From Yuukianura sp. NJ FZ-2021 (lineage: Eukaryota), in NCBI GenBank assembly GCA_046563655.1, contig CM102284.1, positions 9,176,001 to 9,240,000 on the forward strand: a DNA stretch of 64,000 bases, given 5' to 3'. This document shows positions 1 through 13,113 of this stretch, piece after piece; position 1 is the stretch's first letter; the number at the start of each line of letters is the position of its first letter. The position numbers and the translations under genes were made by a program. The notes under the pieces are model-generated. The model worked only from the letters and a program-made list of their open reading frames with translations. It was not told where the DNA came from and made no database searches.

Positions 1-2959
1 AGTTGCATAGTTTAGTGTTACGTAAAGTTGCAATTTTAATGTTGTGTGACCTTTGATGATACAACGGTGCATGGACAACAGAAGCCACTTTTAAAGGTAA
101 CTTTTGACCTTTGACCTTGTTTTCACCCGTCTTCATTTTGTACGGTTGTATTTCTTCCACCTAATGGAACATATTAAATCTATTTTCTAATTTTTTCTTC
201 CAATCTCGCTGTATTTTAAATTTTGAATGGCGTCATGGTTTGTTCAAAATTTTTAAACTTGCCAAATTTTTGGTAACTTTTCGAAAGAAGCAAAAAATAA
301 GGGCTATCTTTGCTCCAATTTTTGTTGTTACGGTTTCGTTAACTTCATTTTCAAAACAAGAAATTGCTGTGGGTCAAATTGGACTCACGAAAAAAAGTTT
401 TCTAGCCCGGGTAGATTTGGAATTAATAAATTTGGAATTGGATTGATTGAATAAGAATGGAATAAATTTTTTCTCGTCCAACAAAAGAATAGTGACACCC
501 CGAAGCAGCATTTGTTGTCACCGTTTATGTTTTTGAATGCTGGCGAATGTTAAGTTTTAGAGTAGAATTGAGCATTGTTGTTGTTACTGCACAAATAAAT
601 GGGGCTGCTGAACGGAGATTATTTCCGGCATAATTGTAATTATGTGGCAACTAAATTTAGTAAGTGGAGATTACTCTTATGCTTCTTGTTCATGTAATTT
701 TTGGACCAGAAGACTACAGTAGGGAGCCTACAAATCCTTTGTTTTGGAACGAAGAAGACTCTGTGTGAGTGATTCTAATTAAAAGTTATTGCAAAATGGA
801 GAGGTTCGTAATGAGGATGATGTGGAAGAGTGGACTGAGGTTTTAAATGGACTTAATCAGAGCGAGCGACTCACAATGTTCAACTTAACTTCCTTGTCTG
901 CTCCAAATTCAACTTAAATAGGATCTACAAAATCAAAAAAATACCCCGAAACTAAACTAAACTAAAAGAGAATTTAATTAAAGAATTAGAATTAACTTGT
1001 CTAATAATAATAATTATTATTATTGAAATGAAAGCAAAATGGTGTAAACTTCAATAGTTATTTTGAATGTGTTAACTTAATTTCATGAGTTTATTTCACA
1101 AGGCAAAGCAGATAAAACAAAATAGTTAACAGTAATGCGATGCCCATCTATGTTAAAGTGGGCGTGTCAACTGGAGGCGCCGGAATGTCTGGGAAAGCCC
1201 ATGACGTCATAGATTTGAGTGTATAACGGCACTAGTTGTACGCAAAGTGCGTAAGCATGCGCACATCTTCCCGCGTATTTCATTCCTAATTCCTCATTCA
1301 GGAAAATTTTATTCACAAAGTTTCCAGCATGGTAAATGTTTTTTAACTTTCATTCGGCCCTTAAGTTTTACAATTTTTTTCATGAATTGCAAGTTGGATT
1401 CAGATTAATTAACTAACGATAAGTTAGTTAATTGATATACTTATCTAATTCTTAACCAACTAACGCAATTGTAAAGTATTTTGTTCCATTTAACGAATTG
1501 TGTCAAATCGTTTAGCGTTCGTACATTTTTGGTAAACAAAAGTAGGAAGTAGGTCTACAGGCATTCCTCTTGTGTTGTTCATCCTTCTGCTGCCAATTTG
1601 ATGATTTCATGTGTCAAAATTTTAAAATTTGAACCAAACCAATTTTTTTTCAAAAACCACGAGTGAAACCACATGAATTTGGTGAAAACGCACTGATCCG
1701 TTAAAGCATAAAAAAGCTAACTAGAAATATGAAACCACCGCTGTGACCCACACGGTGACAACTGCTGTTCATACTAAACTGATGGTGACTCTCTAAAAAT
1801 TGAGTGTCGATGTCACGGTGGAGTGGGTCCCACCCATGTCCCACGTCTTTTGATTAACAAATATTCCTTTTCAATGCTATTCTAATGTTCGGTGTATTGT
1901 CCTCCACCAAAACCCAGTAATTAGTAACTGTAGGATGAATGAAAACCCCACCCTTAACGTGTATCGTCTGTGGACCCACTGAAGTTGTGAGTCGTGACAC
2001 AGTTCGTAGAATAAGCATACACTAACAAATCATGAATGACTCCCTACGTTTAAACACATAGTCTAACATAACCTAACCAGAGACACAGGTTCATTGGGAA
2101 TTCACTGCATCAAACAACATAACGGCACTCATGCCTCAATTTACATAACATGATCCCATTCCACTCATCTTGCTACTACAACAGCTTCTTCTCTAATTCA
2201 AACAACAGGAAGCTACAACATCATCTTTCATAAATTTCAAATTTCAGTCTGAAAACGAAGCTAAATGACAAATTTAAAAAAAATCGTTTTGCTAACCAAT
2301 TTAAAACAAATCAAATCGAAATTACGTGAAGAATTACAATCTGTTTGCTAAGAACTAGGGAATTTCTCTGAACTAACAATTAGATGGGTGTTTAATTCCC
2401 ACAAATTGGTGAGAATGTCAAACGGTGCGGAAGAACGGCATTGCAAAAAGTTGGCAAAACTGTGCGAAATTGAAGATTTTGCGAATTTGCAATTTTTGGT
2501 GCCGGACAGCAATGGTCAGATGAAAGTCGAAATTAGATACCTAATGCAAATAGGAATGGGCGTGTGAATGAGGGCGCCAGATTTTGAGAAGGGAGAAAGT
2601 CAAATTGAGACGGAAGTGACCAAGCCTAATACGAATGAATCAACAACCGCATTCGTTGTTGTTGTTCTTGTTGTTTGTCACTTGACACACTTAAGTAGAG
2701 GTCAAGTTGGAATTTAAATTTTAAAATTCCAAATTTTGATATGGATTTTCATAAAAGATTAGGATTTTCTGTTTGAGAAAGTTTATAATCGGTTTTTGTT
2801 TTTGCAGATTTGAATCCTTGGAAGTCAGCCTTGAAACAAAGTTTGAGACAGACGACATTTCACATTTGGACTTTCCTGAAGTTTGAACTTTTTTGCACGC
2901 AGTGTAATGTCCTGTTCAAAATTGGCCTAACAAATTTTTAGTTTGAAAAAGCTTCGGAA

Positions 2960-5900
2960 ATGGCCAATCACACTGAAGATTCGAGTCGGCGTCGCGTCAA
3001 AGTCAATTCGACTTTGATTGAATCTCGAACTGGTACAGGCTCTACAGCAACTCAAAGCCCCACCGCAGACCCACCACACCCACCCACCACTTCTGTAATT
3101 GTGCCCCACGCAGACAATGTGTATGACCTCAACAACAACGTAAGCCTTCCAGGTCAACCTGTGCCTCCAACTGTAGCCTCAGAGCGTAAACGATCCGTGG
3201 AAGAAAGTCATGCGTCAAGGCTCATCAAAAGATTCAAGTGGACGCTCGGACTGGCTCTCGTCCTCTCAATCCTCCCTGTAAGTTTTACACGCCCAATACG
3301 TTAGTACGTGTATTTTGTACGTGTACGTGTGTACGTGTGTGGATTTTACCAATTTGTTACACAGACAGACAAATTTGGAAAATTTGTATTCACTGCACCC
3401 TTCTAGTACTTGATTGTTATTCTATTGTTGAATTGCGTGTTAAATTTTTGTTTTTGGTTTTGTAGAGGCTGAAGGCAGAGCCACCCGGAAATTCGCTTCA
3501 GAATTGGGACCGTCCCGCCGGAATGCCGAAAATAGCCCAGTTAGAGGTCATGTGCGGGGCACAGCACATGGAAGTACACTTGAATTTTGACGCTCCCTTC
3601 CACGGACTGGTCGCTTCCAAAGGAATGTATGGTCAACCAGGCTGTGTCTACGTCCCACCAAGGTAATTAACACCTCAACATTAATTACAATATATGTAGT
3701 TTAATTTATAACATGTTCTACATTGATTTGCGTTACCTTCAAACACAACTTCTATTTTGGAATGAGAAGTGTCCGAGTTTACACGCCATTTGAAGAAAAC
3801 AATTTTTCTTACTAGGAAAATTTCCTAACTCCCGATTGAAAGTTCATTTGGTGCAAGAAACCATTGTTTTACAATAAAACATAGAAATATAAATTAAAAA
3901 TTCGTTGATTAATCAATTAATCAATAACATTAATTAACTAAAATTCACAATTAGGGTACACAGTGTTAGTCTTTTTTGTTGTTGTGATTAATAGCGTAAA
4001 TTTCGAGTGCGGAAAAATCGAAGATGCAGAACATAGTTTAATTTTAGACTTGGAGTGTTTTTCCTTCTGTGGCTAAATGCTGAATCGTGAAAGTACGATT
4101 AACTGTGTTACTAAAAGTAGAAATGAAAACAAATTTTGGATTAATGATGCCACTGTGCTGAAAAAGAAGAAGCCCTTGTGGACATTAGGATGGGACACGA
4201 TGACCCAGATGATGACGAGACCACGTCATTGGTGACAGTCCTCACGGATCTTGTGAAAGAATCTTAATAGGACTAAACACAGTCCTAAAAGCGGGACAAG
4301 AGAGGAGGGAATATGATGACAAGCCTGTAAAAGGAACCAAATTATAGGCGCAATGCGCTAAAACTTTTTTAAAAGATCAAATTACACCCTGTTGATGAAA
4401 AGACGCCGCTTTTAGAGATGCTTAGACGCCGTTTGTAAAAATTTTGTTTTAGGTTTGACAGTTTGTAAATTATGGATTTGAAAGTTGATCGGATACTTTT
4501 TGTTTTTACCCATGATCATAATGTGTATAACAAATACAGATTTTTTTTTCCTTTCAAAATTTTGAATTTTTGACTTTTTTGAAATTTCAGAACGGGTCGT
4601 ACTAGTTTTGTGTTTAACATCTACTATGACAAATGCGGAACTAAACCGGACAATCATGGGAAGTTTTATGAAAATACCGTAGTTGTTCAATATGATGAAG
4701 AGCTGATTGAAGCTTGGGATGAAGCGAAGCGTCTGCGCTGTGAGTGGTTCAACGACTACGAAAAAACTGCCACCAAAACGTCGCCTATGGTCATCAGTGA
4801 CCTGGAAATTGTTGAATTGAACTTCCATGGTGACAATGTCGACTGTTGGATGGAAATTCAGGTGAGAGGTCAAAGGTCAAGGTCACAGTTCCGGTTAAGG
4901 TGAGATGAATTTACATTTTGTGTGTTTTGTAGGAGGGTAAAGGACCGTGGGCGCCACCGTTGAACGGAATCGTTCCGCTTGGCTCTCCTTTGACAATGGT
5001 AGTGGCAGTGAAGGATCCCACTGGTGAGAAACTGAAAACTAAAATTTCAAAATTTCGTTTTCAGTTTATTTTTCAAAATTTTGAATTTTATGAAATTTAG
5101 GTGAATTTGACATGAGGGTGAAAGCATGTGAGGCTTCTGATGGACAAGGAGGTCATGTCCTTCCGCTGAGCGATGCTGATGGATGTATCGTCCGACCGAA
5201 ATTACTTGGAAAATTTTCAAAGGTAATCCAAATGCTTCTCAAGTTAATCTTGAATTTTGGTAGAATTTGTTCAAAATTTTGAAAAAAAGAGACTCATTTT
5301 GGTTCGAAACTTGTTTAGATGAAAATAGACGACGGAAAAGCTACCGTGCTGACCTACGCTTACATAAATGCCTTCAAATTCCCTGACATGCTCAACGTCC
5401 ACCTCCGCTGCACCGTGGAAATTTGTCGTCACGGTTGTCCAAACCACTGTTCGTCGCAGTACCACCTTCCAGGGGCCGCGGGTTCGAAACCCAGTCCGTC
5501 CAAGCCAGTCCATAATTTTCTGGAACCAATGGCCTTTGAGTCCCAGAATATCCCCACCTTCGGCCGCCCGAATGCTCTGCAAGAAGAAAAGCCACCAGTA
5601 GAACCAACTGCCCCACCACAACAACAGATATTCCACCAACCTCAGGCTCCACCACAACAGCAACTGTCCCATCAGCATCAGGCCCCACCACAACCGGAAG
5701 TGTTCCACCAGCATCAAGGCCCACCGCTAGGTGGCTTGAGACCTCCCACTCCAGAAGTCTTCATGTCCCCACCACCTCCTCCTCAGCAATCCCAAAATCA
5801 ACAAGATCAGCAGGGAGAACCAAGCGTATCGATGGCCCCACCACAGCAGTTTCAGCAGCATCAGCCTCAGCAACATCAGCATCAGCATCAGCAGCGTCCA

Positions 5901-7082
5901 GGCCCACCCCCAGGCAGAATGCCACCGCCCCAGGGCAGACCGCCACAACACATGCAGCGACCCCACGGTCCGAACAAGTACATGCGTCAAGGTCACGGTC
6001 CACCCCCAGGGGTTTTTGGCCGTAGTGGACAGAAGTACCCCCCAAGAAGGTTCCCCAAGTTCCCTTCAGGGCCGAATCGTCAAGGACTTCCACAGGGAGA
6101 GGATAGTGAAGCGGCGAAGGGGTCAGAGGACCAAGGTCAATCGGAAGGAGTTGACCCGCGAAAACTTCCAGACGATTCGAACCAAACTGTTGACAATTCC
6201 CCTGAAAATGAAGGTCAAGGTCAACCAAGACCTCTGGAGGAATCCACGGCAGAGCAACTCAAAGGTTAGCTAACCAAAGTAACATGGTTTTACGTAAAGT
6301 TATCTTCGCTGATTAGAAGTCTTCGAAATTTTAGCCCAAGCGTGACTTTTTCTAAAGTTATCCTGTAGAAAGTTTCAAAAAACAATATTTTGGAATTTTA
6401 AAATTTGTCATAAATTTAGGAAAATACACTTTAGTGATTTTCTCAGCCGAATCGTGACTTTTCTAAAAGTAAGAAATAGTGTTCTAAAACAAACAAAATT
6501 TTGAAAATTTTCAAATTATGACTCAGGAAATTAACAGTTTTACTCTGCTATGAATGTCGGGGTGTACAAATTGGTGGATTTTTGAAAAAAAGACTGAAAT
6601 TTTGAAATTTTTTAGGTGATTCGCCCGTGAAGGAACTGCCGGACACCTTGACGTTCCCTAAGGGCCCTCGTCAGTTGACTCTTCGTCGGAGGCGGTCTGT
6701 TGTGGCCAATACGGACACAATAGGAATCCAAGGTGCTTTTCGTGTCATTTCTCAAGCTGACCTTGACTTTGCTCTCAACTTGACCTCGACTGCTCCAAGT
6801 CGAGCGTCCCCAGTGCTAACAGGGCGCATGCCCCTTGGGGATCCAATTTACGGCGTCTGCTTGCCTCGTCTTGGCTTTGGAATTGTTTTCTTCGGCCTTG
6901 GTCTGGCCACTCTCGTGTCAGTTCTCATCGCTTCCTTCTTTGCTTATGCCCACTACAGAGCCACCAACTCTGGGAAATGTGGGGCCAATGGTGGGATCAT
7001 GACCGTAACAGAATCTATGCCCCCAGGGGGAATGCCACCCCAACCAATGTTTCCCCTGGTTGTTCTACGTAACTTTTGGTGA
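2960..7082 (+). CDS. m: ZP-domain transmembrane apical matrix protein, miniature-like (7 exons)
   Basis: Phase-consistent GT-AG exons 2960-3277, 3466-3662, 4591-4861, 4933-5023, 5101-5222, 5319-6264, 6616-7082. The translation has the ZP motifs MPKIAQLEVMCG, CGTKPD..FYENTVVVQYD, WDEAKRLRCEW, VDCWMEIQEGKGPWAPP and AFKFPD..CTVEICRHGC, close to Drosophila Miniature as I recall it. These are followed by a Pro/Gln-rich linker, an RRRRS furin-type site and a C-terminal TM helix. Confidence 0.88.
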
Positions 7083-8525
7083 TCAGTTTTGGAAACTAAA
7101 GGCCAATGTTTCAAAATTTTGAGAATCCATGGTTAATTAAATGTTGTAAAATTAAATATAAAACAGTTTAAAATAAACTTTTAGGAAAACTAGATAAGTC
7201 GTCCGACAGCAGTCTTTGACGTTTATGTTAAATGCGATGCCAATCAATGCAAAGTGAAATATAAATTGTATTTAATTGTAATAGTTATTATATTTAATTA
7301 CTTGATTTAACATAATGTACTTTTATATTTTTATCAATTGCTGCTAATTTAGGATCAAATCTGGATTTGGTTTTTTTCATGGTTTGGTTGTATTTTTTAG
7401 ATTTTGAAACTATTTTTAAAACGCTTAACTTTTCTTAAGTTATTGAAAATCCGTCCAATGCATTTGGTAATTTTTTCTCTTCATACAAAAAATGGCGAAT
7501 TCCATAAACCTCCTGATATTGCTCAAATCATAAAATTATTAATGCTGACTTAATTATCTTATTTTAAAGGCCGGCCTGGAAGACTTCAATAGGAAATACA
7601 TATTTTAATAATTATATTATTAACATAAAAATGGTTTCTGATTAGTTTAGTTAGCCATAGTTTCTGAATTGTTGATTAATTGTTATTTACTGAAAGTAGT
7701 ATGAAGATGGGTATTTATTGTAATTAATAAAAACTATTTATGTAATTATACCATACAACGAAAGAAACAAGAAGTTCAATACGTCATAATATCGTCATTT
7801 TTTGTTAAAAATTTGACAATGCAAAAATTTTGCACGGATCGTATGCAAAAAGGATTTTCTGCAACTTGAGTCAAGCGATGATGGAGTTATAGAAGTGGCT
7901 GCAGGTTTTAATTTTTTAAAACTTTCTAGATGCAAAATCCTGCTTTTGTTCTGAAAGTCTTTGAGGAGTGTTTCACGTATAGTTGTTTTCAATTATTGAC
8001 TTAAATTAAAACTAATTAATTGATTAGCAGAAGTGTTAACTAGTTTGCTAAAAGTAAAAAATTTGTACTAACTATTGAAATAAAGATAGAATTTTTCATT
8101 GTCACAATCAGACGCCAAATAAAAATTAATTTATATCATGCTACTTGGTATTCAAGCAGAAAGCTGCAGAACAAAAATTAAAAAGTTTTTAAATGGCGTG
8201 AAGATGTAACAACAGAAAAAACAAAACTTTTTTTTTTCAGAAAATTCCATTATTCAGCAAAAAATTGAACGATAAAATGAAAATAAAACGCGTTCCTCAT
8301 GTTTTCAATTTCTTATGTGTTGCGTTATGCGTTGATATAAATTTCAAAAACGATGAATTCCATGAATTTTGTGAAAAACTTTTTAAAAATTTGCTTTTTT
8401 GTAAATTTTTTTCACTAAAGGATGTGAAATGACGTTCTGCAACTTCAACTGGTCGATGAAGTTGCAGAAATTGCAAACGACTTCAAATTTTTAGAAATTT
8501 CTGAAATGGGAATTTTGCTTATGTT

Positions 8526-8701
8526 TTTGAAAGAGTCTTTTACATGGGATGCCTTCGGGAAAGGACAAAAGTAGATCGGAGATTATACGAAACGAAGAGG
8601 CGAGATAGGTCCTTTGCTCTTGTGTGTTTTTTGTATGGGGGAGGTCGCCAGCGGGAAAAAGTTGAGAAAGGTGAGGAGCCTTCTTGCTTCGCCTAATCCC
8701 C
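8526..8701 (+). repeat. Dispersed ~175-bp module, copy A (copy B on the minus strand at ~54529-54705)
   Basis: AAAGTAGATCGGAGATTATACGAAACGAAGAGGCGAGATAG matches the reverse complement of 54622-54662 at 39/41. The TTTTACAT, TTTGTATGGG and GCCTTCTTGCTTCGC.TAATC blocks are also shared. Confidence 0.85.
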
Positions 8702-9093
8702 GCATAGCTCCGGACACTTTTTCAAGGAGCCTCCAACTTCACAATGGAAAATCTCTTTCCAAAAAACTTTCAAAATTTATATCTCTAGAACAGAATGCAA
8801 TAAATTACTAATTCCTTCGCCAATGAGTTCAAAATGATCCAAACAATTTTAAAAATCATAAAAACTTCAAAACTAGAATTTAAAAAAAAAAGTTTATGCC
8901 AACGTCCGTCCTCAAGTGTTAACTGTTTCTAAATATGACAGAGGAGAACAATGTAGCAAAATATTTCCATTGTGTTAAACTTTGATCAAAAGCGTAATTG
9001 TTTCGATTGAATTTCCAGTTTGCAATTTTATGAAAAACTTTCTCTTTAGTCCATTTTGACTTTACGGTGATCTAATCCATTCCAAACTAAGTT

Positions 9094-9845
9094 ATGGACA
9101 TTTTAGGAAAATATTTGAAACTGTTGACCTTCGCTCTCACTTTACTCATCTTCGGAGCCTGTAACGGTCGGGGTTCAGGAAATTTCGACAACCTTCATTC
9201 TAGGAAAGGTAAACCCAAATTATAATTTTCAAAAAACTGGTTAAAGAATTCAGTTTTTGGAATGTACAACGTTTTCAGCTATTCGTCCAGAAGACTATCC
9301 ACATCATGATGAAGCTTTTGATGCTTTTGAACCAAGCACATCCGCTAGAAAATCCATGAGTCGTCCAGCTGGTCAAGGTCAAGGGTCACGCGTTAACCAG
9401 AGGGGGATTTTTCTAAGCGATCGCGTTGTTCGTGGAATTTGCAAATCGCTGGCAACTTTTGCCAAAACAGGAGTTGCTCCTGTTGGTAGGATGAAACGCG
9501 GTAGTGAAGATACTGCAACGGAACCCTCCGGTTGGTGGAGAAGTATACCTTGTGCCACCGACGACGGTAACTTTTCAATTTTCAGAAACCATTTTCAAAA
9601 TTTCGAAAATCTTACCCAAAAACATTATTGTAGTTGGAGACTGTGGTTTTGAATGGGTGGAAAGTAGAGACATTGAAAGCGGTGACATGACAGGCGGCGA
9701 ACCTGCAGAGGAGTCCAATCGTGTCAATCGGAAGAGCTCGGGTGTTCCCGGGGACGAAAGTGAGCTGAATCTGCAGTTACCGTCGTCAGCCGAATGGAAT
9801 CGACGTTCTGCTGCAATGGCGAATTCCACCAAGGACGAGGATTAG
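9094..9845 (+). CDS. Uncharacterised secreted Cys-pattern protein A (3 exons)
   Basis: Exons 9094-9208, 9279-9566, 9634-9845, both introns phase 1. Signal peptide MDILGKYLKLLTFALTLLIFGACNG; motif WWRSIPC...DCGFEW; dibasic sites. Confidence 0.7.
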
Positions 9846-10046
9846 CCACCCCCTCGAAAATTTTTTAGATTGACCTCGTTTAAAGTTTTGTGACCTTCCG
9901 TTTTGATTAAGAAACAATGGAAATTAAATTTCACGAATTAATGGACTTAATTAGACTAAAAATGAACTTAAAAAATTTTTTTTATTTCGAATTTATTAAA
10001 ACAATCAGTTGTCGATTTTAAAAGTTAAAACGCTTTTCGATCCAGA

Positions 10047-10819
10047 ATGTCCGACACTAAAAAGTTAATTGCGTTTGGACTACGATTTCTAAGCGCTGTA
10101 TTTCTTCAAGGTTAGTTGAAGAAACAAGAAGAATTCCAAAATTCAAAAAAGTACATATTTTCAAAATTTTGAATTTGTTAGAATTTGGAGGAGTTTTGGG
10201 TAATATTGGAGGTCAAGCAAATTATGACCTCCAAGTTGAAGATTTGAACGGCTTTTGTCCATTGGCTGGCTACGATGAATTTGATGCTTCGATAGACAAG
10301 AGGTCACAGGGCAAAGCGTGCTACAAATATACGTGGAAACCGGAACCTTGCAGTAACTATTTCATTTTCAGAAATTTCCAAATTTTGAAAAATTTCAAAC
10401 CATTTTTTGAAATTTAAACAGCAATGGAGAAAAGTGGGAGAATTGAATCTGATTTGCTCCACTGTGGTTACTACTCGATGGATCCATGCACATCATCTGG
10501 TGACACTGGTAGGGGATCCGATTCATCAGGCCTGTTTGGCTTTGACCTGCCCTGGAGAGAGGTCAAGGACCTCTGTGACCCTGTTAACATTAAAGGAAGG
10601 ACCAAGAAAGCAAGAAAAGTCAAACCCATGTACTGGAAGTGGACATTTTGCGGTAAATCTAAAAAAAGGAAACGATTTTTTAAAATTTCATTTTCTAAAA
10701 CTTCAAAAACCTTGAAACTACTTTTGGCTTTTTTAGAAAAAGAAATGGGAACAGAGTTGCGCCCTTGCGGCCACTACTCAATGGCTCTTTATCAAGACGA
10801 TCCTTGGAAGCACGCTTAA
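10047..10819 (+). CDS. Uncharacterised secreted Cys-pattern protein B with two module copies (4 exons)
   Basis: Exons 10047-10110, 10182-10352, 10422-10652, 10737-10819, all introns phase 1. Hydrophobic N-terminus. Modules ACYKYTWKPEPC...HCGYYSMDPC and MYWKWTFC...RPCGHYSM. Confidence 0.72.
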
Positions 10820-11064
10820 GACAAGAACAATTAAAATCTACTTAATTACACAATTAATTGATTCATTTTTAGTACCTCTGTAAGTATGTTTTAAAAGTGA
10901 AAGTTTGTAAACTTGCAACTTTCACTTTTTCGATTACAATTGGCAATAAAATGAATTCCTTCGAACAAATTCATTCCACAAAAATGTTTTCTGAAGAAGC
11001 ACTGTTCTATTTTCTACTTTTCAAAATTTTGATATCTATACGAAGACTCACTGTAATTTGAAAA

Positions 11065-11856
11065 ATGATATTAAAGTTGTTGCTCCTACTTTGTCTTCAT
11101 GACCTCCAAATTTTGGCTCAAGATTCACAGAAGTCGAAAGGTCAGGTAAGAATTTTACACATAAAAAATCTCAAAAAAATTGAACTTCGATTGTTGTTTT
11201 TTAGCTCAAGTGTCAATATTTCTGGACGAGGTCATCGACCCCATGCCATCTTTGACCAGATCGAAACGCTTCATTAAGCAAACGGCCGATTCAGCCGCGG
11301 CTCCAGCAGCACGAACTATCCGTGCACGTCCGACTCCTCGCTCTGCGGGCAAAATGCCCGCCAAACGACCAAACCAAACCCCTGTACAATCGGAAACTGA
11401 GCCTCAAATGGGACGAGCGATCAATCGGGATCGGAATTCCGGTAGCGGTACCGGTGCAGTACCGGTTTGGTCGTCAGGGGAATCTAGTCGAATGGGGTCA
11501 AGAGGTCAAAATAAAGCAGAGGTCAACTTGAGCCTTACAATGGACAATGCAGCTAATCTATGTGCCCTCCGCGATGAACTTGATGAAACAAGAGTTAAAC
11601 CTCAGAGGTCAAAGGTCACTGCGGGGTCAAAGTACTTAAGTAAATACAAGGTCAACGGAAAAGGTTGCCACTTGCTCCAGTGGGTTCCTTGCGGTAAGTC
11701 TACTTGAATTTTTTCAAAATCCTGAAATTTTGAAGCTGCTTTAAATTTTTAAAAACTAAGGTAAACCATTTTCAAAATTTTCATTTTTCATATTTTTTAG
11801 GAAACAGCGCCGCTTCTGGAAGACCTTGCGGATGGTACGAATTTACTACTTGCTGA
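11065..11856 (+). CDS. Uncharacterised secreted Cys-pattern protein C (3 exons)
   Basis: Exons 11065-11140, 11205-11693, 11801-11856, phase-1 introns. Signal peptide MILKLLLLLCLHDLQILA; RSKR furin-type site; ends GCHLLQWVPCGNSAASGRPCGWYEFTTC*. Confidence 0.72.
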
Positions 11857-12167
11857 GTTAACTTTTAACCTTAACTTCAATTAATCGCAGTACTTTGATT
11901 CTAATCAAGATCGTAAATAGTTAATTATTGACGCAACTAAACAATAAACTTAACATTTAAATCAACTACGCAGACCTTGCACTTTGTCGTTACAATTTTC
12001 CTTGAAAAAATTAAAATTCAACCATTGTTCCATCAAATTCAGCCTTGCCAGTGTCGAAATACCAAAAAAAAACAGAGTGTTAGCGCTTTTTAACGTCAAA
12101 AAATCAACGACAAAACAGTTCAGACTGTAACAGAAATCAGTGAAAATAAAATTCTTAAAAATTTGAA

Positions 12168-12859
12168 ATGACTTCGAAAATTATGTCAAGCTGTTGGCTA
12201 GTTTTTGCTATTTTGTATCTGAACTTCTACGGTAAGATCACCAAAATTCTACAAAAAATTTCAAAATTTTAACCTTTTACAAAATATATAGAAACTACAG
12301 CCGAGGCAAAGGAGTCAGCGCCACCAGGTATTACGAAAACCAAAATTCCTAAAACTTTTCAAAATTTTACGAAAAATTACTAAAAAGTTACTCAAAGTAG
12401 TTTCTCCTGTTTGATTTTCATTACATTTTTTTTAGCGGAAAACCAAGTTTCGCCGTTGCTACCGATGGACGAAGGCACCGATAAAGAAAAGCCTGCTGGC
12501 AAAGGAGGTTCAAAATTTAGAAAATCATCTTACGAAATCTTCTTTTTTTTCAAAATTTGTTTAAAATGTTTGTTTTTTAAGATCCGTTTGCCGTGAGTTC
12601 TGACCCGGGAGCTCAAAAGAGCATTTTGGAATTTCGTTTGTCGAATCGGTTGGCCGTTGCAGTTTGTGACACATACGACAACTACTTGGCCACTGGGAAG
12701 CCCTACTCTGGTCAAATCAACTACAACGTCACTGTTCAAACTCTGCGCTCTCCAGTTCCACCCTCAACTTGCCAATCATTCAAAATCAAACGCTGCTACA
12801 ATCTACAAGAAGGAACAACGGCTCCAGATTGTGGCTGGACCAAAGTCGCTACTTGCTAA
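12168..12859 (+). CDS. Uncharacterised secreted Cys-pattern protein D (4 exons)
   Basis: Exons 12168-12231, 12292-12327, 12436-12507, 12582-12859, all introns phase 1. Signal peptide MTSKIMSSCWLVFAILYLNFYETTAEA; ends TCQSFKIKRCYNLQEGTTAPDCGWTKVATC*. Confidence 0.72.
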
Positions 12860-13113
12860 AAATTCTTCAAAATTCAAAATATTTTAAAGAAAAACTTAAA
12901 TTTTTGAAATAAAAATTAAGAATAGTTTTTTTTTCATAAACTTTTTTCATTTCAATTGAAACACTAATCTAACAGACTTCTCATCTCGTAGTAAAAGTAG
13001 TAAAATTATTCTGACGTATTTTTAGGCCAGTACTTACGTGTTTGAAGTGCGTTGTGATGAAATTTTAGTAGATGTTGAGATTTTTTATGTTGAATTAGTT
13101 GGACGTTGAAGTT

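Noticed and set aside
8578-8701. Resemblance of the module arms (ATTATACGAA / CTTCGCATAAT) to loxP half-sites
   Set aside because: Only ~10 bp match, the arms are ~76 bp apart rather than 8, and no recombinase gene is in the window.
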